Shown here piece after piece: positions 27,771 through 36,323 of a stretch of DNA of 52,845 nucleotides; the first letter of the stretch is position 1; the number at the start of each line of letters is the position of its first letter. The DNA comes from Patescibacteria group bacterium (GTDB taxonomy: Bacteria > Patescibacteriota > Minisyncoccia > GCA-002772825). The position numbers and the translations under genes are program-made. The stretch lies in assembly GCA_024654625.1 (NCBI GenBank), contig JANLHB010000021.1, positions 1 through 52,845 on the forward strand, written 5' to 3'. The notes beneath the pieces were generated by a model. It worked only from the letters and a program-made list of their open reading frames with translations, ran no database searches and was not told where the DNA came from.

Positions 27771-29706
27771 TTATCGTAACACTCGTCTTAGCTTGTAAAC
27801 CTTCATTATCAGTAACTCTTAAACTAATAGTCTTCTGACCGGAGGAATAGCTGACACTTACCGTCCCCGGTGTCGCACCAGAAGAAGCGCTCATACCCCT
27901 AAAACCATTTCCTATTCCTGTCTCTGATCCATCTATGACAATAGACAAACCGGTGCTGCAATTTATGCCCATTCGGCAACCTTGTTCGTCAAATATACCG
28001 TCTCTGTTGTAATCAACAGTCTTCCAGTCATACACGCCGTCGTTATCAAAATCCCATTCATACATAGCAATCTGAGGAGTGCGGTCTATGTCTGCCGAAG
28101 AAGAAGGGTCTAGCGTAAACTGACTGTTGATCGAAGCTGAAGCCGGGGCGTTTATAGCCGGAGTCGGAGTGACTAAATCTACGATATAAGGCAATTCATT
28201 GTTTGGAAACAACGGCTGAGTAGAGAGAGTATGGGTCGCTTCCCTATTGCCGCCCTGATCAACCGCAAACCATCTAATAGTAGTAGATTCATTTGTATTA
28301 AGATCAATCTGTTTTATAAATTTCTGCGAGAAAGTATCCGGTTCAGTGCCGTCTATCGTATAGTAAATTATCGCCGGCTCATTAGAAAGAAGTGTTACAC
28401 TTGTAGGATTGACTGCCACCTCAACAGTAGATGGAACGTATCTGCCGGGGACACTGAAGGGAGACGAGACTTCAAGCGTCCTTATATTTTCTTCATTGAA
28501 AGCCTTATCAATAGCAAACCATTTAAGCGGACTTAGAGGCGCGTTTAAGTTAGTTGAGCTTACAATACTGATAGGACTGCTGTATTTCGTAGAAAATGTC
28601 GTCGGATCAGAACCGTCAAGAGTATAGTAGATACCCGTGAGCGCTTCATTGGCCTTTAGACTGATATGCCATGGATCAAAAACTGAAGCAGTGGACACAG
28701 GAGGAGTAATGTCCATATAACTATTAACGTCAGGTTGACCAGGACCGCCTGAAACTTTATCCCCGGACTTTAAAGCCATAACTCCTTCTTTGGTTAGTCT
28801 ATTTATAGCTGCATCCGTTACTGCCACGACAATATTCTGCCACTCATCACTACTGATAAGCCAATCAATGTCCTTGAAAGCGCCGTAATTCATTGCATCT
28901 GAAACCATCTTACCAGGAGTGCGCACTTCCACCTTAGAGCAGGATGCGTACGATGGGACATCTTCCATTTTCCAGTTACCCGGAGACTTAACGCCATTAA
29001 CAGTTATTTCCTTACATACTTTATCACTTAAAAATCCATAACCTGTTTTTACCTCAGTCTCCAGTGCTAATTTTGCTTTAGCTTCAGCCTCAAGCTTTTC
29101 ATTCAAAGTCATCGTATAAAGACCATAAGGATTATTTTGGGATTCCGAGACACTGAGCCAACCCTTCCATCCTCCATTATTGAAATTATCCATAAAATCG
29201 TTAAAATTCACTCCTATATCGCTTAAGGTGCATCTTGCTTTAGTGCTAAACTTTTTAGGCTTCTGAAGCCCTATCCTTATCCTAATAGCCCAGTCCGGCT
29301 GACAAAGACCCCTCATAAACTCTTCGTTTGTCATTTCTTCTAATATCTGCCCGCCGGCTTCATCTGCTACCTCAGCTAAAAATCCATTAAAATCTGTCAC
29401 AAACTTAGGATTTCCTCCTCCTTGCACCCATTTTACAAGCTCGTCCGTCATATAATCAATCATCTTTTTTCTAAAAATCGCCCAAACGGTTTTTGTAATA
29501 TTATCTTTGACAATCGTTACATAATAATTAATATCTGTAGCATTACTGATAAAATCATTCCAGAGCTGTGAGCAATTACCACATACAAAAGCTTCAGCCG
29601 GACGCGGTCGAATTACATAAGCTGAAGACGATATGACAGTCAGTGCCAATAAAAAACCTGTTATATATTTTTTTATTATTAAATTTTTATCCTTGGAGAA
29701 TCTCAT
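27760..29706 (-). CDS. Large secreted multidomain protein (two CHB_HEX_C-like repeats plus a PKD-like domain)
   Basis: 648 aa with a signal peptide, GIYYTLDGSDPTTFSTKYSSPI and IIYYTIDGTEPDTFSQKF repeats, and C-terminal YEWDFDNDGVYD (PKD-like). Confidence 0.6.
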   Translation of the reverse strand: MRFSKDKNLIIKKYITGFLLALTVISSSAYVIRPRPAEAFVCGNCSQLWNDFISNATDINYYVTIVKDNITKTVWAIFRKKMIDYMTDELVKWVQGGGNPKFVTDFNGFLAEVADEAGGQILEEMTNEEFMRGLCQPDWAIRIRIGLQKPKKFSTKARCTLSDIGVNFNDFMDNFNNGGWKGWLSVSESQNNPYGLYTMTLNEKLEAEAKAKLALETEVKTGYGFLSDKVCKEITVNGVKSPGNWKMEDVPSYASCSKVEVRTPGKMVSDAMNYGAFKDIDWLISSDEWQNIVVAVTDAAINRLTKEGVMALKSGDKVSGGPGQPDVNSYMDITPPVSTASVFDPWHISLKANEALTGIYYTLDGSDPTTFSTKYSSPISIVSSTNLNAPLSPLKWFAIDKAFNEENIRTLEVSSPFSVPGRYVPSTVEVAVNPTSVTLLSNEPAIIYYTIDGTEPDTFSQKFIKQIDLNTNESTTIRWFAVDQGGNREATHTLSTQPLFPNNELPYIVDLVTPTPAINAPASASINSQFTLDPSSSADIDRTPQIAMYEWDFDNDGVYDWKTVDYNRDGIFDEQGCRMGINCSTGLSIVIDGSETGIGNGFRGMSASSGATPGTVSVSYSSGQKTISLRVTDNEGLQAKTSVTINVN

Positions 29707-29715
29707 TTGATAATA

Positions 29716-30681
29716 TTATTTGATTAAATCACTTATTCTATTTCCAAATCCGGCAATAAAGACAGCGAACTCATTTTTAATCCTTTCATTCTCCTGTATA
29801 GCAATTATTGTCTTAAGGGGATCCCTCTTAACCTCTTTCATATTTTCACTTACACGCAAAGATGCCACCGAATACTCCACCCAGCGCTTATGATCTTCTA
29901 CAAAACTTGAAGGGACTGTAATCCGCTTCATTCTTATAATCATTTTTTTATAATAATCTATGTATGGATCAACTAAAGAAATATTATTAGTCTTTGCCAC
30001 CTCTATAAAAACTTCCCCTTCTGTCTTTTTAGGATACGGGATGTCATAAAAAATCTGCTCTAATTCTTTATTATACTTTTCAATCGCTGTTTTACTATTA
30101 TCGCTAGATACATTAAACTCATTTTCGGACAACACGGGACTAAAGCTTGCGATAAAATCTTTCAACAACGCTTCCGTACTGCTATTTGCCTTATCCAGAA
30201 TATCCTGATTATCGGCGCTTAATGGACTAATCCCATTCCCCGCTTGAAGACTTAGATTCTTTGAAAGTAAATCTGTAAGATTCACAGAAGAACTAGTGGG
30301 GTTACTAACCACCCCCACTCCACCCTGACTCAGAGAAGTGCTAATCTTCTCTTCCAGCTTATCGTCTGGTCCGGGCTTGAGTGGGTCCCGACCCTGATTT
30401 ACTTCATCACCATCTAAAGCCCCATCTCCGTCAGTATCAGGATTATCAATATCTGTTTTCCAAAGAGCCTCTTCCCAGTCCTTAAGCCCGTCGTTGTCAG
30501 AATCTTTGTTTAGAGAGTCCATCGCTTGGTTCACCATGCTGATACTATCGTCTTCTTTAGGCAGGTTGTCTTTATATAAATACTTATCACCATACCCTAA
30601 AGCAAAAAACCCTATTGTTAAAACCAACAAGGCAAAAATGGCTAATATAACATTTTTTTTATTTGGTAATACACTTTTCAA
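29716..30681 (-). CDS. Membrane-anchored protein with thrombospondin type 3-like Ca-binding repeats
   Basis: 321 aa with a TM anchor plus DSDNDGLKDWEE and DTDGDGALDGDE; first gene of the operon. Confidence 0.6.
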   Translation of the reverse strand: MKSVLPNKKNVILAIFALLVLTIGFFALGYGDKYLYKDNLPKEDDSISMVNQAMDSLNKDSDNDGLKDWEEALWKTDIDNPDTDGDGALDGDEVNQGRDPLKPGPDDKLEEKISTSLSQGGVGVVSNPTSSSVNLTDLLSKNLSLQAGNGISPLSADNQDILDKANSSTEALLKDFIASFSPVLSENEFNVSSDNSKTAIEKYNKELEQIFYDIPYPKKTEGEVFIEVAKTNNISLVDPYIDYYKKMIIRMKRITVPSSFVEDHKRWVEYSVASLRVSENMKEVKRDPLKTIIAIQENERIKNEFAVFIAGFGNRISDLIK

Positions 30682-30774
30682 TCTGCTTTTATTATAACAC
30701 CTTAAAGCCTAAGAATATAATAAATTACTATAGTTTTGTGGATAAAAAACACAGACTAAGATATATTACATATA

Positions 30775-32436
30775 ATGATAAAAAACCTCATACAAAAAAT
30801 CGAAAATATGCCGATGTCCTTCTGGCAAGGCATTATTACTTTATATATAATCTTCATCTTAAGGACCATTATAGAAACTTTCACTAATATTGCCCTTGAT
30901 GGATCAATTGCAAGCTTATTTGCGATCTTATTTGTCCAGCCATTTTGGTTTTATTGCGCCTTCCTAACGCTTTTTATCATATTAAAACTGATAACAAAAG
31001 AAAAAATTGAAAAAATAAGCAAATTCGGAATAATAATATCACCTCTTATCTTTATACCGCCAATTATTGATTTTGCCATAAAAGGTCCGTTGTCATCTTA
31101 CTATGTATTTGTCCAGGGGACTTTTACCGAACTTCTATATTTTTATACCACCTTCTTCTCAAGAACAGGCCTGATGATAAGCACTGGAATGAAAGTTGCT
31201 ATTTTAGTTTTATTTATACTTTCGGGGAGTTACATCCTGTCAAAAACAATGAGCTGGAAAAAAACATTTTTGGGAATCATTCTGATCTACACTATCTTTT
31301 CATTTTATGGAGCAATACCGACTTACATCTTTGCGGGGTATAATTTAATTTTTAAAGATTACACCGAAGTCAATCGGTCAAATGAAACAGATTTTTATTT
31401 TGCTCGTGATATATTAAAGTCCAATACAAAAAATAAAACTATCATTTTAAGTGATAATTTAGAGAAAACTGAAGCAAGCCAAAGAATAAACATCCATTTC
31501 TACTTAATACTCGCTCCAATACTTTGGATAATAAACTTATTTTTATTATCCATCTGGGTTATCTTATATGACAGAGAAAAGGCCGAAGCAATTTTTAAAA
31601 ATTTTAGATACTTAAGATTAATATTATACTTCTCGCTCGTCTTAATCGGCATACTTTTAGGAAACATATATAACAGGGGAAATCCTATCAATTCCCTGTT
31701 TGATATTACCGCCCTCTTTTCAATGTATCTTGCCATACTTTTTGCCGGTTTATTCTCCATATGGGAAAATGATGAAATTGATATAGAAATTGATAAAATT
31801 TCAAATAAAGAAAGACCGTTACCTAAAGAAAAATTCTCCATAAAAGAATGGCGCGATATAAAATATCTTTTTTTAATACTGTCATTATGTTTCAGTATAC
31901 TATCAAGCTATTATACATTTATCTTTATACTAGCATTCATATTTATCTATCATATCTATTCTGCCCCGCCACTCAGGTTAAAAAAAATACCGATATTATC
32001 ATCATTCTTAATAGGCTTGCTTACCTTGATTTCCGTATGGATCGGTTTCTTCTTCAGCTCAGGCACGGAAAAATTATTGGATTTCCCGCTGAAATACTCT
32101 TTTAGTATTTTTGGGTTTTTCTTACTGCTTGAAAATTTCAAAAATATAAAAGATATAAAAGGAGATCGTGAAGCAAAAATAAATACTCTGCCGGTATTGA
32201 TTGGAGAAAATAGAGGAAAATTTATAGTAGGTTTATTGGCATGGATTTCACCTTTTTTAATTATCTTTGGATTCCTATTTAATCTATATACATTATTAAC
32301 TGCTTTTATCTTTGGATTTATCATATTTTTACTCATAAACAAAAAAAACTATAAAGAAAAATATATATTCTTTGCCATATATTTATTTATAATATCTTTT
32401 GCTGTGGAATTTTATTTATTTTCTCAAAGGATCTGA
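30775..32436 (+). CDS. Polytopic membrane protein with a C-terminal UbiA-family prenyltransferase domain
   Basis: 553 aa with NDEIDIEID..ERPLP (NDxxDxxxD) and a later DIKGD motif, preceded by about 320 extra TM-rich residues. Very AT-rich codon content. Confidence 0.65.
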   Translation: MIKNLIQKIENMPMSFWQGIITLYIIFILRTIIETFTNIALDGSIASLFAILFVQPFWFYCAFLTLFIILKLITKEKIEKISKFGIIISPLIFIPPIIDFAIKGPLSSYYVFVQGTFTELLYFYTTFFSRTGLMISTGMKVAILVLFILSGSYILSKTMSWKKTFLGIILIYTIFSFYGAIPTYIFAGYNLIFKDYTEVNRSNETDFYFARDILKSNTKNKTIILSDNLEKTEASQRINIHFYLILAPILWIINLFLLSIWVILYDREKAEAIFKNFRYLRLILYFSLVLIGILLGNIYNRGNPINSLFDITALFSMYLAILFAGLFSIWENDEIDIEIDKISNKERPLPKEKFSIKEWRDIKYLFLILSLCFSILSSYYTFIFILAFIFIYHIYSAPPLRLKKIPILSSFLIGLLTLISVWIGFFFSSGTEKLLDFPLKYSFSIFGFFLLLENFKNIKDIKGDREAKINTLPVLIGENRGKFIVGLLAWISPFLIIFGFLFNLYTLLTAFIFGFIIFLLINKKNYKEKYIFFAIYLFIISFAVEFYLFSQRI

Positions 32437-32483
32437 TCTGTCAAATGCATGCGGACTAAACATTTATACATTTCCTAATTAAA

Positions 32484-32516
32484 AATCCCCCGTAAGGTAA
32501 AACCTTACGGGGGATT
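32484..32516. terminator. Bidirectional hairpin terminator (14-bp stem)
   Basis: AATCCCCCGTAAGG-TAAAA-CCTTACGGGGGATT, flanked by A/T runs, between convergent genes. Confidence 0.7.
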
Positions 32517-32531
32517 ATGACTGTTTCTTTA

Positions 32532-32966
32532 TTACTGCTTTTTCGTCGTTACTAAAACGACATCGGGGGTTCTCTCTTTTAATGCTTTTATGAAATTCCC
32601 GATATAATCAATCTTCCCGAGCGACATCGACGGAGAGATAAATGAAACCTCTACTTCAATACTGCCGGAGGAAGAACGATTCACGAAAATATTGAAGCGA
32701 TAGACCCCCATGCCGACAGCGAAAGCGGATCTTTCCGCAATGATTACCCCTCCGTTGCTATCGCTTGATATCACAGAAAAGCCGATATCATTTAACGCCT
32801 GCATTGAAGCCTGGAATACTTTGGCGCGGTCATTGTTCTCGTAGCGCAAGAAATTGCGCTCGGTCGTCGTTGTTGTCGTGACGCACCCTGTGGCCACGAT
32901 TAATATTGAGAATATTAATACTGCCATTGCTGCCAATGAGACGATCCCATTTTTTGTGTTCTTCAT
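32532..32966 (-). CDS. Hypothetical lipoprotein
   Basis: 144 aa with the lipobox LIVATGC followed by a poly-Thr linker. Confidence 0.65.
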   Translation of the reverse strand: MKNTKNGIVSLAAMAVLIFSILIVATGCVTTTTTTERNFLRYENNDRAKVFQASMQALNDIGFSVISSDSNGGVIIAERSAFAVGMGVYRFNIFVNRSSSGSIEVEVSFISPSMSLGKIDYIGNFIKALKERTPDVVLVTTKKQ

Positions 32967-33078
32967 CTTCGCTTGCCCCCCTTTATTTTAGCGGTTTGAG
33001 GTGTATGTATCTCTTAAAAAATTTTAAATCTATATTAGATACTAAAGTATATTTAGTTATTGTCAAGCCCGCGTGATA

Positions 33079-33106
33079 TTGACTTTTTTGATAAATAGAG
33101 TATAAT
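33079..33106 (+). promoter_or_regulatory. Near-consensus sigma-70 promoter
   Basis: TTGACT-N16-TATAAT, about 75 nt upstream of the ATG at 33181, which has an AGGAGG Shine-Dalgarno. Confidence 0.6.
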
Positions 33107-33180
33107 TTATATAGACATCTAAGACATATAAAACTGCTCTCTAACAATTATTCAAATCCTATCAATAACAGGAGGACACA

Positions 33181-33957
33181 ATGAGAAGAACAGCGGCTGA
33201 AAAAATCAACAACAGCGTTGCTGTTGGATTAATACTCATCTTAGAGGGAGTATTAGGGATTTTTTTTATAATACTCGCCCTCTCCGGTTGCTCTGCTATA
33301 GAAGCGACTGGCGGACGAACCGAGCTCTCGGCGACTGGCGGGCCCGGATCGGTCTTAAGCACACTGGCAGACCTCCATATGAACGGATCACTCCAGACTA
33401 CACCCGGAGGCTTCACCATCAGGAACGATGACCCCGGTATAGGAGCAATATCCAACGAGGATCGCGGGGTAAGCAAGGACGTAGATATCTATGTTCGCTC
33501 CATTTCCTCTTCCGGAGGAAATGGATATATCCTCTACCGCGGTCCGGCAGAAGTGCAAACCCCGGGTTGGGTAAAAATATGGAACGAAGAGACCGGCAAG
33601 TGGGACGAGATCAAAACTCCGCGGTGGATCACCGTGGACGGATTGGAGTCAATCCACTTTGAGAGCCCCTTTGTCCAGAGCGTAACTTTACGCTTAAGAC
33701 TCTCTCACGGCAAGATCCAGGAGGTGAAGTTTGACACCTACGGCCGTAAAGACAGAGGGAGTGCTTATGAGAGGATTAACATTCTCTTCATAAAACTCCC
33801 AAGGGCTTCTTACCGACTTGAAGTCTTTTCCTACACAGGAAAAAGCATTTTCAAGTCAGCGAGAGGCTACCCGACAAGCCGTCATATCTATATGGACGAC
33901 GACCCGGTGGATACGCGGGTCGGCAATACGTGGATCGGCTGGAAGGAGCGGTTGTAA
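33181..33957 (+). CDS. Hypothetical lipoprotein
   Basis: 258 aa with the lipobox LALSGCSA, a strong SD and G+C-rich codons relative to its neighbours. Confidence 0.7.
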   Translation: MRRTAAEKINNSVAVGLILILEGVLGIFFIILALSGCSAIEATGGRTELSATGGPGSVLSTLADLHMNGSLQTTPGGFTIRNDDPGIGAISNEDRGVSKDVDIYVRSISSSGGNGYILYRGPAEVQTPGWVKIWNEETGKWDEIKTPRWITVDGLESIHFESPFVQSVTLRLRLSHGKIQEVKFDTYGRKDRGSAYERINILFIKLPRASYRLEVFSYTGKSIFKSARGYPTSRHIYMDDDPVDTRVGNTWIGWKERL

Positions 33958-33962
33958 AACAC

Positions 33963-34000
33963 AGCAGTGTGCAATCCGCCGTGGCGGATTGCACACTGCT
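33963..34000. repeat. 18-bp perfect-stem GC hairpin (AATCCGCC core) immediately after the stop codon
   Basis: AGCAGTGTGCAATCCGCC-GT-GGCGGATTGCACACTGCT. Confidence 0.9.
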
Positions 34001-34019
34001 CTCTACGAAGGAGGACTAT

Positions 34020-34340
34020 ATGAAAAATATAATCTTCGCGTTCGCAGTAGGCCTCCTTTTAGTCCTTGAGGGATGCGCTGAAATCAAAACTCCGGAAGAG
34101 TATAATCCTCCGGAAACACCCTACAAGGATTGGTATTATGGCGACAAGTGGATGGGTTATTATAAATGCAGCCCATATCCTACCTGTCCAAATGCCTACC
34201 TGTATTTGTGGATAACCCCGCCTGAGCCAAAGATGACCGAAGAAAAAAGACGCAGCAAATACAAAATGGGTCGGGATATCCACAAGTGGGGTCTCTTTAC
34301 CAAAGACCCACCTAGTGAGGAAAGAGAGTTTAAAGACTAA
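34020..34340 (+). CDS. Hypothetical small lipoprotein
   Basis: 106 aa from the ATG at 34020 (AGGAGG 6 nt upstream) with the lipobox LVLEGCA. The 33930 start in the track is a GTG extension overlapping the upstream gene. Confidence 0.65.
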   Translation: MKNIIFAFAVGLLLVLEGCAEIKTPEEYNPPETPYKDWYYGDKWMGYYKCSPYPTCPNAYLYLWITPPEPKMTEEKRRSKYKMGRDIHKWGLFTKDPPSEEREFKD

Positions 34341-34344
34341 ACCC

Positions 34345-34385
34345 AATGCCTCGTTTTGCTGAAAGCAAAACGAGGCATTTTTTTA
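34345..34385 (+). terminator. Intrinsic terminator
   Basis: AATGCCTCGTTTTGCT-GAA-AGCAAAACGAGGCATT followed by a T-run. Confidence 0.8.
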
Positions 34386-34420
34386 GCTCACTGGAAATCC
34401 CTCGCAAAATAAGTAATTGT

Positions 34421-34453
34421 CTACGGATGTCTACGGATGTCGCACTTCCGTAG
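34421..34453 (-). repeat. REP copy (1 mismatch) with a 10-nt partial duplication
   Basis: CTACGGATGT + CTACGGATGTCGCACTTCCGTAG. It is the reverse orientation of the 23-nt REP found at 43478 and 43970. Confidence 0.85.
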
Positions 34454-34505
34454 CTTTACGCAGGCAATCTCGCAAAAGAAGAAAAATAATGATAATATCT
34501 AACTA

Positions 34506-34793
34506 ATGATAAAGATAGAAGAAGTAGAAAAATTAGCCAAATTGGCAAGGATAGAAATCACTGATAGAGAAAAAGAACAGTTTCAAAAAGAGATTGGGTC
34601 TATTCTTGACTATGTTTCTGAACTAAAAGAAGCTCCTAGTGCAGAGAAAGAAATCATAAAAAAATTAGAGAATGTGAATAAGCTGAGGGAAGATATAAAT
34701 CCGCACGAAACAGGAATTTACAGCAGAGAGCTATTGGAAGGAGCGCCAAGGAGTGAAAAAGGATTTGTGAAGGTTAAGAAAATATTTGAATAA
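34506..34793 (+). CDS. gatC: Asp/Glu-tRNA amidotransferase subunit C
   Basis: 95 aa; VEKLAKLARIEITDREKEQFQKEIGSILDYV is typical of GatC. Confidence 0.85.
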   Translation: MIKIEEVEKLAKLARIEITDREKEQFQKEIGSILDYVSELKEAPSAEKEIIKKLENVNKLREDINPHETGIYSRELLEGAPRSEKGFVKVKKIFE

Positions 34794-34812
34794 CCTCCTA
34801 AGACTAAAGATT

Positions 34813-36273
34813 ATGGATAAAGAATTTTTTAAAAATCTGACAATCAAAAAAGCGACTGAAGCTATAAAAAATGGCGACATCACGGCGCTAGAGCTAACTC
34901 AGTATTACTTAAACAATATCAAAGAAAAAAATGGTGAGATAAACGCTTACCTTAGAGTTTTTGCTGACGCAGAAGATCAAGCTAGGAAAATTGACGAAGA
35001 TATAAAGAGCGGGAAAGAGATGGGCCCTTTGGCCGGAGTTCCTCTTGCTATCAAGGACAATATGCTCATCAAAGGGAAAGTGGCTTCCGCTTCTTCGAAG
35101 ATTCTTGAAGATTATAAAGCGACTTATGATGCCACCGTCATAACGAAACTTCGCGAAGCAGGCGCCGTCTTCCTCGGCACCGTAAATATGGATGAGTTTG
35201 CCATGGGGAGCTCTACGGAGAATTCCGCCTTCGGTCCGACGAAAAATCCTCATGACCCGACTCGCGTCCCCGGCGGTTCATCCGGCGGTTCAGCGGCGGC
35301 GGTAGCCGCCGATATGGCACTCGCCTCTCTTGGGTCTGATACCGGAGGATCTATCCGCCAGCCGGCAAGCTTCTGCGGAGGGGTGGGGCTCAAGCCGACA
35401 TACGGCAGAGTCTCAAGGAGCGGGCTCATCGCCATGGCCTCTTCCTTAGACCAGATAGGACCTATCGCAAAGACAACAGAAGACGCAGAAATAATTTTTA
35501 ATATAATAAAAGGAGAAGACACACTTGATGCCACCACTTCACTTGGACACGCCGTGTCCAAGTCGGAGGCAGGCGGTAAGAAGTTAAAGATTGGAGTCCT
35601 GGGTTATGACAAAAACGGCGTCGCTCCGGAGATAAATACTATGATAGAGAGTTCTATAGAAGTTTTCAAAAAAAATGGCCATGAAATAACAGAAGTGACC
35701 CTGCCCTACCTTAAATATTCCCTCCCTTGTTACTATATTATTATGCCGGCAGAAGTCTCTTCAAATTTAGCCAGACTTGATGGGGTAAAATACGGCCTAC
35801 TAGAAGAAGGCGATAATCTGCTAGACGATTATCTAAAGACGCGAGGTGCTGGCTTCGGCAAAGAAACAAAACGCCGAATAATGATCGGCACATATGTGCT
35901 CTCTTCAGGATACTACGACGCCTATTACTCAAAAGCTCAAGAGGTCCGCAATCTGATTAGAAAAGATTTTGAAAATGCTTTTGACCCATCGCAAGACGGC
36001 GTTGACGCTATAATACTGCCGACAACCACCGAACCAGCTTTTAAGCTTGGAGAGAAAACCGACGACCCGATGAAAATGTATCTGGAAGATATTTTTACAG
36101 TATCGGCTAATTTAGCCGGAGTGCCGGCTATATCTATTCCCGCCGGACATGCAGAGAGAGATAGTGTCAGACTCCCGCTTGGCCTTCAGATAATAGCCCC
36201 TCACTTCAGAGAAGATATATTGTTTACACTTGGAAAACAAGTTGAAAATGCAAATCTAGCCAATAGGGATTAA
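34813..36273 (+). CDS. gatA: Asp/Glu-tRNA amidotransferase subunit A
   Basis: Amidase signature GGSSGGSAAAVAA and SDTGGSIRQPA. The ATG at 34813 is preferred over the TTG at 34786 used in the ORF track. Confidence 0.9.
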   Translation: MDKEFFKNLTIKKATEAIKNGDITALELTQYYLNNIKEKNGEINAYLRVFADAEDQARKIDEDIKSGKEMGPLAGVPLAIKDNMLIKGKVASASSKILEDYKATYDATVITKLREAGAVFLGTVNMDEFAMGSSTENSAFGPTKNPHDPTRVPGGSSGGSAAAVAADMALASLGSDTGGSIRQPASFCGGVGLKPTYGRVSRSGLIAMASSLDQIGPIAKTTEDAEIIFNIIKGEDTLDATTSLGHAVSKSEAGGKKLKIGVLGYDKNGVAPEINTMIESSIEVFKKNGHEITEVTLPYLKYSLPCYYIIMPAEVSSNLARLDGVKYGLLEEGDNLLDDYLKTRGAGFGKETKRRIMIGTYVLSSGYYDAYYSKAQEVRNLIRKDFENAFDPSQDGVDAIILPTTTEPAFKLGEKTDDPMKMYLEDIFTVSANLAGVPAISIPAGHAERDSVRLPLGLQIIAPHFREDILFTLGKQVENANLANRD

Positions 36274-36287
36274 CCACTAGCCACTAG
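36256..36287. repeat. CTAG-rich motif copy spanning the gatA stop
   Basis: CTAGCCAATAG (36256-66, supplies the last gatA codons) and the tandem CCACTAG x2 (36274-87). Confidence 0.75.
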
Positions 36288-36323
36288 ATGATACTCATCA
36301 TATAATTAAATAAATTACAAATC

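Noticed and set aside
31500-32342. Alternative-frame ORFs inside the UbiA-fusion gene (31500..31841 and 31956..32342 antisense, 31848..32105 same strand)
   Set aside because: These are artefacts of extreme AT richness. The sense frame has UbiA catalytic motifs and continuous TM helices.
33162-34019. Antisense ORF 33162..33476 and the GTG-extended start (33930) of the third lipoprotein
   Set aside because: The antisense ORF lies within a gene that has a strong SD and lipobox. The extension overlaps the upstream gene, whereas the ATG at 34020 has an AGGAGG and yields a proper signal peptide.
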